This document shows, piece by piece, positions 26,291-37,829 of a stretch of DNA of 64,000 nt (positions within the stretch are counted from its first letter, which is position 1; every line of letters starts with the position of its first letter). Source of the DNA: Adineta vaga (taxonomy: Eukaryota > Animalia > Rotifera); contig CP075496.1 in NCBI GenBank assembly GCA_021613535.1, positions 5,704,001-5,768,000 on the forward strand. Reading direction: 5' to 3'. The notes beneath the pieces were generated by a model. That model was not told the origin of the DNA and made no database searches. It worked only from the letters and a program-made list of their open reading frames with translations. The position numbers and the translations under genes are program-made.

Positions 26291-29205
26291 ATGAACCTTG
26301 ATGATCAACGAACAGATCGAATCCTTGTGATTTCTCGATTGATATTTATTTTAATAATCATATTTACGACTTCCTGTCATGGTTGGCATAAGACATTGAC
26401 ATTTGTTCAACAATCATCTTATGAATCAAGTAAGATAAACATTAAAAATCATCTTTTTCGTTCTTAATTTTACTCGATCTGTCGCCGATAGATTTCGATG
26501 ATCAAAATCGTATGATTCTATCGGATATGAAATTTTTTCAATGGTATCAATCTTATGCAATATATGGTGCACGTGAAACATTGATTTTATTAAAACCTGA
26601 TTTAAATAATTCATCAGTAAGTTTATTTCTTTTTCACAGAAAGAATTTGAATTTTATTCAAAAGATTGAAATGTTATCTTACAATTGGTATGTTGATCCA
26701 GTAACAATGGATGAATGTATTCAAGAATGGGATATCAAAGTATAATTTTCATTAATGAATAATATCTAAAGACAAAATTGATTCTTTCTTTACTTCGAAA
26801 GGAAAAATGTTATAATGATATAGTTCACGTTCGAATTTTACCTGATGATTCGAAAATGGATGTGTATTGTACATATGCTCATCGACCCATGGTTCGATCA
26901 TTTGATTTACAATCGATGTCATTCATTAATAAATATATTCTAACACGTGATCCACATCCTCCAATTGATTCAGAAAGTTCTTATGTCATGTTAACTTTCA
27001 ATACGAATATTGTTACAGCTGGTTATCAAGGTGATTATATTCCAACAATACGTGCTACACAAGGAAAAACTTTATTGTATGCATTGAGACAAAGTAATAA
27101 AAATGAATGAATGAATGATGATTTAAGTTAAATAAAAATTCATTTATTTAGATTCATATTTTATTGGAGGATTTAAATATGATGGAAAAGCAGTCTTTGG
27201 AGTGATAGAAACTTCTGAACGACATGATACAGTAAGATTTCGCTTTATAGCACATAAACTTGAATTAAATACAAAATAGAAGTGACATTATTCAAAAAGT
27301 CGATCAATTAAGAAAAGAATACTGTTTAGATTTGAATCTCTTTGATAACTGACAAGAAAAAACTCTTTTGATAGATCAGACAGATTTAATGTATGAATTA
27401 TTAATAAGATTATTCTTTTCTATTTAGAATCGTGTTTCTCGCTTAGTCATGGCTTGTGCTAATCGAGCAGAAATTGTACGTAAAGCAATTCTAAATTGTT
27501 CAACCGATATGTTTGATCAATCACGTTCATTTGTCTTTCACATTTTAAGTAAAATATTATTCGATGAAAATCTCCATTCATTTATGTATATTTTCTTCTT
27601 CTTAGCTGCTCTAGTCGATCCAATTTACACATCAAATAATTCAACATTACTTTTCGCTACATTTACTACGAATAAGTAATGCATAGATTTCACACCTATC
27701 GATTATGATTAAATTTGATTTCAGTTCAACAATCACAGCATCAGCTGTATGTTTATTTGTATTAGATAAACAATTTTATCAAGTCTTTACAGCTCCATCG
27801 AAGCAAATTAATCGACGAACATCAATAATTAATAATGAATTCACTGATCTTATTCGTAATTGTAATCAATCAATTTCATCAACTATTGATCGTGATATGG
27901 TCGAATCTGATAAACAATTTTTATCATATTTATCAAATCCATTATTAATTGAAACGATGTCAACATCAACTTTTACAGCTATGAATGTTATTCAATATGA
28001 TAATAATCTCTATTGTTTAATTATCGGAACAAGTAGAATCGAATAGATTAATAAAGAGAAGATTATCTAAGAAGATAAGTTTTTATTTAGGTAATGGTCA
28101 TCTATTAACAGCATTTATGAATGAAACATACAAAACAAATGTCTACGAAGAATTAACATTACCGAAAACTATGCATTATGCAATCAAATCGATTACTTAT
28201 CAAAAAGTGTATGTAAAACAGAAGATTTTCTTTTTCTTCAAATATCCTTCAATAAAAGTAATATCTTTGAAGTGAAGAGTAAGAGTCTTGAACATGTATG
28301 ATTATATCGATATACATATTCTTCATAACGACATGTCCTTGTCAATGTCGATTGATTTGAATTAAAACCAAAATTTCGCTTTTCTTTAGTGATGATAATT
28401 CATATGTGATTATTGTAACAAATTATCAAGGATATTTAGCAATTAAATTAACTCAATGCAATGAAAAACTTTGTTTCGCTTGTTGGACAAACGATTGTTT
28501 CATTCGAAAAATTTCACCTATCAAGTAAAGTTTAGTTTTATAATACATACAGAAGATTTATTTTTGATTTATGTATGTTTCAGTACTAGTATCACAGAAC
28601 ATTGTTCAATGGATAGTAATCTTCGATTAGTAACAGTTAATGATACCGAAGAACATATGAATAATGAGACAGTATTATTCGATTGGCCATTATCGAATAA
28701 ATCTTCAGGTACGGGAAAAACAGTTTCTTCGAGATTTAAACTGAATTTTCTTGATTTAGATGAGTCATCACATAATAAATTATTGTTATATATTGTTGTT
28801 CCAATGTCTTTTGTTGTTTTTATTTTATCTATTTTAATTATTATACTTCTGACAAAATCTAATCGTAAAAAACGCCAACGCCGACGATCTCCTAGTAATC
28901 ATCATCATCGAAAAACAAAACATTTATCTTCAACTCCCACCAATGATTCCTATACTTATACAAATAATGTTCTCTATCGAACAAATAATGATAAATTATT
29001 TGTGGAATCCAAACATCAACAACATTTATTTCCCATTAAATCAGAACTATCAATTCCTCCAATATCTTGTCCTATTTATTCCACATCATCATCACACAGT
29101 TTACCACCATTAGTATCTTCAATATCTTCAACACCACCTTTAATTCCTTTCTCTTCAACTCCTCAATCACTTTCAGTTCATCGTTTATATAAAAGTTACG
29201 TTTAA
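26291..29205 (+). CDS. Divergent transmembrane semaphorin (Sema domain, degenerate PSI, TM, Ser/Pro-rich tail)
   Basis: Signal peptide, then IYGARETLILL, EKCYNDIVHVRI..MDVYCTYAHRP, RVSRLVMAC..VRKAILNCS, LLFATFTT..ASAVCLF and LIIGTSNG, all Sema-domain motifs. Followed by TQCNEKLCFACW, TM LLLYIVVPMSFVVFILSILIIILL and a basic stop-transfer segment. Confidence 0.8.
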
Positions 29206-30029
29206 ATTTCAAATTTGTTTTAAGTATATTGTGGAATTTAACTTGTATTTTTCTATTGAAGTTAATAAATACCTATCTGAACCAGATTATAAAAGCGAAC
29301 ATAAGTCAAAAGTTTGAAGTTCGAGTAGTAGAAAAACGACCTTAAAGACCCTTTCACTCTCGCACATGAATGTAACCAGCAGCTGTTTACAGCGCCAGAC
29401 CCTAGATGGGCATTTCACATATATATATATTCATCTATTCTTTTGTCTTCTTGTATATGTGTGATTCATACAACAAGCAGCAGTCCAACAAGCAAACAAC
29501 TTACTACATTCATATTGTATCATCTCACGGGATAGATTTCAGTGTTTTGAAATTTATTAAACTTGATTTTTTTGCCGGTTTTATTTATTTCATAGAGATA
29601 AATGTCTATAGCGTTGATAAAATCTATAAGAGACTTGAAAGTCTAGAGAAAATGTTTAAGAACATCAATCACTATAGCAATAAAGACACACGTGCTCAAA
29701 AAAGAATCAAACTTTTAGAAATCCTAAGTGTTAGGAAAAAAAAAGAAAACAAACAAACAAACATATACGGAACAATACGAATCAAACATGGTTCATGTTG
29801 ATACAGTATTTCTTACAAACAAACAAATACACACTCATTTTGCACCATCTTAACGAATGCACGAAATGAGTTGAACAAAAAAGAAAACAGCACATACAGA
29901 CATTTAAATGCAAATGCAAGAAAAAAAGAAAAGACGAAACGAAAAAATAAGGAAGCATGCAACAAACATGAAAAGTTTTGTTTTTCTGAATGGATAAATA
30001 TATCTATATACATTGACGTTGTGAATTGA

Positions 30030-30794
30030 TCAGAAATTGTTGTTCGTACTCATCCGATAAGAATTTTGTCGTGGATAAAAACCATATATATGATTTAGTT
30101 CATTGGAAATATTAGGTAAACGTATGTTAGTATCATCATCAGAATCATCATCACGAAGACTATTTGAATTTGTGACACGAATACAAGTTGTACAATGACA
30201 TTTTTTTAAGACGGGACAAAATATAGCGCCAGTTTCATCATACATTGTATGAGCTAAAGAAGAAGAGAAAATGAAATATTTCGAAGAAAAAGAAATGATC
30301 TTACATGTATAAAGACATTCAGGCATATTATGACTTTTACAATGTCTACAAATCGTTTTTGAGTGCGATGATTGTAATTGTTGTTGTTGTGGAGGACTTT
30401 GTTGACTTTTTAATTGAACCATTCCATTAAGTTGTTCATTTAAAACTGGTGAATAATAACTTTGTGGACTTTCATCTGGTGATGATATTAAACTACTATG
30501 ATGAGTTGGTAACCAAGAAAAATGAGTTAATGTTGGTGATGAGAATTCACTTGCTTTTCGGCGCGATTCAGTTGGGCCATTGCTAGAAACAAAAATTGAA
30601 AATAGAAAATCAACTTTTGCAACTTGTTTTACTTACTGAAAATAAGTAAATGGTTCACCCATTGTTTCTGCATCGAATTCATAATTTAGTGGATCAAATA
30701 CTGGTTCATGAGAATGATTAGTTCCATTTCCCATTAATAAAGAAGAAGCTGCTTTGATGAGAGTTTTATTATTACTTGGCGAATAACGATACAT
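30030..30794 (-). CDS. nanos: Nanos-family zinc-finger protein (second CCHC knuckle incomplete), 3 exons
   Basis: After splicing the intron at about 30254-30304: C-RH-C-KSHNMPECLYTS-H-TMYDETGAIF-C-PVLKKCH-C-TT-C. This is exactly the Nanos C-x2-C-x12-H-x10-C-x7-C-x2-C spacing. The N-terminus is Ser/Pro/Gln-rich. Confidence 0.82.
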
Positions 30795-31060
30795 GATAGA
30801 GTAAATAGAAAGATGAAAATACGAATCGATCGAAGTGTGTCTGACGTATAAAAGTGTTAAAAATAATGAATGAATGAATGATAAAATGAATGAAAATCAC
30901 AGGAAAATAAAGAGATGCGTTGGATCTATATTTCTCTCTCTCTCGTTTTTATCTTAGCTATTTCTTTTGTAATTTTATGAAATTAAATTCGAAAAAATCC
31001 GAGAGAAAGAGATAGAATATGCCAGATCATATCGGATACAACCTAGATGGGATGAAAAAA

Positions 31061-31068
31061 TGACGTCA
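31061..31068. promoter_or_regulatory. Perfect CRE palindrome TGACGTCA (first of two between nanos and CPEB)
   Basis: ATGACGTCAT, about 270 nt upstream of the nanos ATG. Function is inferred only. Confidence 0.4.
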
Positions 31069-31340
31069 TGAACCAAAGAGAAATGTCACGCGATAGTAAA
31101 CTTTATTGAATTCTATAAAAGAAGACACGTGCCGCTATGAAGAGAAATCTATATCAGGGAAAGAAAGATAGATGCTCGTCGATAATGATCACTGATATGA
31201 TCGAATGAAATGTCTGCCTAGACTCTTCTGTAGTACACATGAAGAAAAAGAAACTATTCCGTTGTTGAAATGAGCAAATTGTAGAAAGCAACAGACGATA
31301 GTTAGTCTAGAAGCCTCGAGGAGTAATTCTTTGTCGATCG

Positions 31341-31348
31341 TGACGTCA
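31341..31348. promoter_or_regulatory. Perfect CRE palindrome TGACGTCA (second)
   Basis: GTGACGTCAG, 280 nt from the first site. Function is inferred only. Confidence 0.4.
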
Positions 31349-32643
31349 GATATAGTAATAGATGCACTTTAATTCAAGATGAAAGTGTGAACAAGACAAA
31401 AATAATCTATGATTAGAAATTAGAAAAAATTCTTGTCTAGATGCATGAATAAGAATGGCCTTATTGTGCCTATGACTTCACCGATATACTAGATAGTCGA
31501 CCAAATTCAATATTGAATTCCATAACCATCTATCGTATTCCGTATTCTGTTCTTTCTAGTTTACCTAACATAATCAAGTTATTTCATAATAGGTATACTT
31601 TATTTTCAGAAAATTCGAAGTAAAAGTCTGAATTCAAATGCCTTGATCCATCGATCGAAATCGTAACATAATATTACAAGAAAAAACTAAAATCTCTCTT
31701 AGTTTAAAATATGTGAGAATCGGTATCTCAATTTTTCATGATGAGATCTATCCCCAAAGTGTACAAGTAGTGTTAAACAATGTTTTTGTTTCGAAAAGGC
31801 ATCGGTATAAAGATAAAATCGTACAACTCATGATAAAACTATTTCATTGGATTGTAGTACCAATAAATACACATTGATAGTATTATGAAGATAATTAAAT
31901 GTTTGAAATACATGTTTTCAATCATTGATATTCTAACATGGCTGAAAATACTAGCCATTATTCTTTTACGTTCTACATTCATTTAAATCCAAGATATTTC
32001 ATTCGCTATTGTGGTTATTTTTCCAGCATATATCAATGAATAATTATAATATTCAATCTTCTATTCAAATTATCTTATTTCTAATAGATTAAATATACGT
32101 TGTATATTTTGAAAGTATATGATAGTTATCATTCACACGTTTTCGTTGAAATCGAGACGGCTCTCTCTTATTTTTATTTTTAGTAGAAACCAACTGTATA
32201 TCAAACTAGAAGAAATGGAAAGAAAAATACTATTATTTTATCGATATTATTGCACCTTCATCCTACTACTATAACAATGGTGAATCATATGACATGTCTG
32301 ATGACAAAATGATCGTCGTCATCTTTTCCAATTCTTTTCACTTGACAATGTCTCTGCTGCAAGCAGGTCTGATCTATTCGAAGATGAAGACGAAGAATAT
32401 TGAAAACTTTTGTAAAAGCAAATAAGGCGTGTTTTTTTCTTTTTTCTCTTTTTCGTTCCCTCTCTCTCTCTCCGTCTCCGTCTTCTTCTTTCGTATTTTC
32501 TGTTTACACATATATATATATCCATGGGTATATTATCTGATCAGTATTTATATTATTATCATTTAACTTTTATTTTGTATCCATTACACACATAGCATTC
32601 TATTTTTGTCTTTTATCCTTCGCGTTTTTTTGTTTTTGTCAAA

Positions 32644-34968
32644 ATGGCTCACATCTATCGTGGTCCTCCTGTAAGTATATATAGAGGAAATAGTCCGAAT
32701 TTTTCATTATTATTATTATTATTATAGCATTGTAAAGATAATGAACGAATGGGTTATTACGGTGAAGTTCCCCTCGAATATCAATTTGGTAAGTAGTTTT
32801 TATTTTTCCATAGATTTAAAATCAGTTTTTCTCTTAATAGAAAAACCAGCAATTGATCGATTATTAGACTATATATCGAATCAAGAATCTCGTAAACCAG
32901 CTATTGATATTTTAATACAAGAATATCTCGAAAGAATCGGTAGTCCATTAGCATGTCCATCACCACATATATCTCCATTAGTGGATATCGGTATGTTTTC
33001 GACAAAATATTCTTTTTTCTTTCTTCAATTACTTGAAATCTAGCTCTCGAACCTGGAATTGATGATAAAACAAATATTTGTAGTCAACAAACTCAAACAC
33101 CTACTGGAACAATGCAATGTTATCAAACTGCTCTTTCATTTTATCCAACTCCATTGACTTCAGGTAACGATATTATATATGAACCAAATTATGATTATCG
33201 AAATACAGCTTCAACACCTTTACTTCCGTATGTAAATCCGGATATATCAATCATTAGAATCAGCTCTTTTTCTTTCTCTTCATATTTGAATATAAATAGG
33301 CCATTGTCAAGTCGATCTTATCGTTCATCATCAATAGCAACGGATGGTGTTGGAAATACACCGACTACAAGAATTTCTATTTCATCAAATCAAGAAATTC
33401 CAATTATTGATCGATTTGTAAGTGAAAGCTTAATTTTATTCAAATATGAAATGATTTTTTTTTAAATTTAGGCAAATGTGAATAGTAGCCAAGATAATCG
33501 TTTAAAACGAGCTGCTGCTCAAGAACGTCGTCAAGCTACACGTAAAATTCTTGATGTTTTGAAAAATAAATCTTATCTGATTGTCTTTATTTAGGACATT
33601 TTGGAAAAGTTCAACCCGGTTTAATTTGGACATCACCATTACCTGTTCGACCACGTATTTTTTCTATTCGACCACCATCATTGTCTTGCAAAATATTTCT
33701 CGGTGGTATTCCACATGATCTTAATCCAAGTAAAATTATTCATTTTAATCGATCATCTTTAGAGAAAGAAAGTATTCTTTTAATAGGAGATTTACAAGAA
33801 CGTTTGGAAAGTTTTGGTTTAGTTCGACTTGAATGGCCTAATAAAGAGAATGCATCAATGCATAAAAATGCTTCTAATCATAGTAAGACTGTTGATATTG
33901 ATAGTTTTTTGTTTGCTGGTAACAAATCTTTGAATGTATTAGTTACAGCTGGTTTTGTTTATGCTGTATATGAAAATGAAGAATCTGTTCATAAGATTTT
34001 ACATACGTGTTCAACAAAAACTGATCGAACATTAGATGATGGTCGATGCGAATATTATCTCGAAGTATACAGTCAACGATCAAGTGCACGACGTAAAAGT
34101 GTAAGATGAAAAATGTGTTCATAAATCAGAGAAAAACAAAACGAATTTATTTTCTTTAGATTCAAATTATTCCTTGGTTTGTGGTAAATATTTCACATGG
34201 GAAATGATTAAAAGGGAAAGAATGACTTTTTTTTCTAAAATAGGAAGATTCTCAATGGGTTGCGGAGGGTGATTATAATTTGAATGGATATAGTAATTGG
34301 GAACAACGATTAAATTCAACTGAATGCATTAATCGAACAGTATTTGTTGGTGCTTTACATGGAATGATGACAGCTTATGCATTAGCTCGTATATGTCATG
34401 AATTATTTGGTGATGTAGAATATGCCGCAATTGATACTGATAGAAATAAATATCCAATTGGTAAGTTAATTCTATTAGTTTAGAGTATTATATAAAGCTG
34501 AAGAATCTTGTGTATTGTTTGAAATAGAGATTCTGTATATCATATTTAAACTATTATTCTCATCATTATTATCTATCTGTTTTTTAGGTTCTGGTCGCGT
34601 TGTTTTTGTCAATGCTCATAGCTATTATGCAGCTGTTACTGCTAATTATTTAATGATCGAATGTGATAAATTCTGCAAAGTGGTATGTTTAATTCGAACT
34701 ATTTAATCTCGTATGATTTTTTCCCCTCTCTATCGAATAGATACAAATCGATCCGTATTTATCAGATAGCGTACCATGTGCTGGTACAAACGGGCAATGG
34801 GCTTGTCCAAATATGGGACAATATTTTTGTCGTTCACTGAAATGTATGAAATATTATTGTGCATCATGTTGGGATTTAAATCCAAATCATACTACAACTC
34901 AAACAAGTGAATGTGAGCCACCAGCAATGATCCATAAGCCATTGATGCGTAATGCTCGTACAGCATGA
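32644..34968 (+). CDS. CPEB1: Cytoplasmic polyadenylation element-binding protein, CPEB1/Orb subfamily
   Basis: RRM1 [29 protein letters not shown], then IQIIPW, RRM2 [46 protein letters not shown], and ZZ finger [17 protein letters not shown]...HKPLMRN. Confidence 0.93.
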
Positions 34969-35883
34969 GAATGTTCTCCTTCTTTCTTTCTTTCTTTCTT
35001 TACTAGTGATATTCGCTAATCTGAAGATTTTAGTTTTCTTTTAACGTTTGTTTTTCTTTCGAAACCGAGAAAAAAAGTGATTATGTACAGATTTTCAAGT
35101 TTTGTTTTGTTCTTTTTCTCTCTTTCTGTTTCTGTTACGATGCTACAAACATTGATAACTTTTGACATATTTTTTGTCTTCGTCAGTATTAACTGACATT
35201 TAATCAAGAACCAAACACGTATATTCGTATGATTTGTTTTGTCAGTTTTGTCTTTTGTCTTTTGTTTTGTTTATTCGAAATTTCGAAACCTTTTACATTT
35301 AACTTTCTTGTGAAATATAGAAAACAAAAAAAGATCAGTAACATATGGAAAAAAATATGATTGAAGATCATATTTTATTTTTAAGCAAAGCAATGTCATT
35401 GTTGTTGTAGAATATATCAACATTAGTTAAATACAAGTTTGTTAAGGTTTCTTCAGTCAAAAGATATGTACATCAAAACATCAATTATGAGATAATGTTT
35501 GTTACCAAATGCGCATTAATCTTCTCGTTTTTCTTTTCGTTTAACCATTGTGTATCAATGACGATTCTGTAAATTTGACAGTAAGTTCTGGAGAAACATT
35601 TCTCCCTGGTTATTAACAATATTTTGATATGAAGATAGATGGAAGATATCATGAATGTTGATTAACTTGACAAGTTTGATTAGATAGAAAAAAAGCAAAT
35701 AAGGAAAAGATTTATCTATCTGTTTCCTAAACAAGTATTATTTTATATTTAGTATAATGCGAAAACAAAAGTTTGTCATGTCAGTATCAACCAAAAAGAA
35801 AATAGAACAAAGATCAATAAATACGGAATTGAAATTCAATAAAAAAAATATTTTTATCACATCAATCGAATGTCAGATCGTTT

Positions 35884-37624
35884 TTATACTTCGTCATCTT
35901 CATTTTCACTTTCTATCGAATCATCAAGTATTCCATCTTGACTTTTCAAAAGATGATATTCCACAGGTGTTCTATTCGATGTTACGTATATCAATTGTCG
36001 AGAATGACGGCATGCACATACTATAAAGATGATCGCGATCAAAATCATAACTATCAAGCAGATAACCACTAAATCAATCAAATAAATATTAAGAAAAATG
36101 AAAGAATTTCTTTTACCTAAAATCAATGAGAACATATCTTGTCGAAAATCGATTAAAATATGTTTTACATTACTAAGTGATCCATTCGTTGTACGTTGTT
36201 TTAGATGCAAAACATGAGACATTAATGGATAAAGATCAACATTACGAAATGGTTCGGCTAACAGATTTCGATAAAATGCTGGTCCAAATGCGTATAATAT
36301 TGGATGCATAGATTCCGCTCGATTATCATATCCATGATTACCAACGATGTTCATGAATGAATTATCACCAGGTAAAATAACATCATAACCAACTTTTCCA
36401 ACAATGAGAATATCTATTATATCAAACAAAACAGGTAGTATTTTGTTTTTCGTTAAAATGAATGATGCTTACCACCAATTCTTACATTGGATTTATAATG
36501 ATATTCATCAGGTATTTGAGCTTTTTTGTATACGTCATAATTAGGTAATTTAGATAAATTAGCATAGAGACGATCGATATCAGATGCTTAATTAGAAAGT
36601 TTTCAAAGATTAAATCAGATGTAAATACTATTTGTAAAAACTTACGTTTGTTAACAAAAATATTAGCAAATGCTCGACCACCATAGGCTGAAAATAATGA
36701 TTTATCGATATAATCTTCTAAAATAATTCGATGTGTTTTCTCGACATCATGCATTCCATGATCGGAAGTAATAATTACATTTAAATTGTTTCGTAAATAT
36801 TCATCTTTATCAATCATTTCTAACAATTCTCGAACATAGTCATCACATTTTTTCAAAGTTTCATTCATTTGAGATGATATTGGACCATAAAAGTGACCTA
36901 TTAAAATACTATAATCTATCTATTATCGCACATCTATTAGCGATTTACCAGTAACATCAGGTTCTGAATGATAGACTGCACCAAAGTTAATACGTGTTGA
37001 CATCGGTTCACGAAACCAATCTAAAACTTGTTTGAAGGCATTATCTAATGGACGAGTCGCATTGAACAATTGATATTTATGCGGACGATAACCATTTATA
37101 GGCACATTTGAACCGGGCCAAGCAATAATACCTGATCGTCGTTGTAGCGTGCTATTAACCAATTGATTACTAATCCAGATTGGTTGAGAATACGGATTTT
37201 GTGACCTAAGACAATGATGATGAATTTGATATCATAGTATTTTCAAGATGAGTACATACCACCATTTCGTATCATTCATTGTACTAATATTTGTCACAGC
37301 ATTCAATATTGGATCATACATGGAATTTGCAACGATTCCATGTGTTTCTTCGTATAAACCTGTAACCATTGTATAATGTGAAGGAAATGTAACTGTAGCA
37401 AAACTATTATCGATATGTTTAACACGAACACCACGTTTAAGTAGAGAATCAAAATGTGGTAACTGATAAATGTCAGGATAATCCCATCGAAACCCATCGA
37501 ATGATATTAATAATAGAAGTGGAATTGAAGATGTTTCATTGATCACAGGTGTGGAATAAATCAACGAAATAAGTAAACTTGAGCAAATAAATAAAAATCT
37601 ATGTACATTATTTTGTTCGATCAT
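35884..37624 (-). CDS. ENPP4/5-like ectonucleotide pyrophosphatase/phosphodiesterase, copy A (full catalytic set)
   Basis: Signal peptide, LLLISFDGFRWDY, TVTFPSHYTMVTGLY, EPDVTGHFYGP, IITSDHGM, GNHGYDN, and a C-terminal TM. Confidence 0.92.
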
Positions 37625-37829
37625 CTAAAAAGTCAATTTTACGATTATTTCTATTAATAATTGTCTTTATGACCAGATTAATGAGAATAAAGTTACAGAT
37701 TTAGAAGAGTATTTGTTTGAAATATACAAGTCAAGAAAAAAAAATACGCCAAAAAAATACAGATCTCTTTTGAAGAATACAAAAAAAAACGTGATAATCA
37801 CAGAAGAAGATAAATGTCAATTGCAGACG

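Noticed and set aside
29370-29415. GC-richer patch CCAGCAGCTGTTTACAGCGCC between semaphorin and nanos
   Set aside because: Contains E-box and forkhead-like words and a tiny hairpin, but is too short to support an ncRNA or enhancer call without conservation data.
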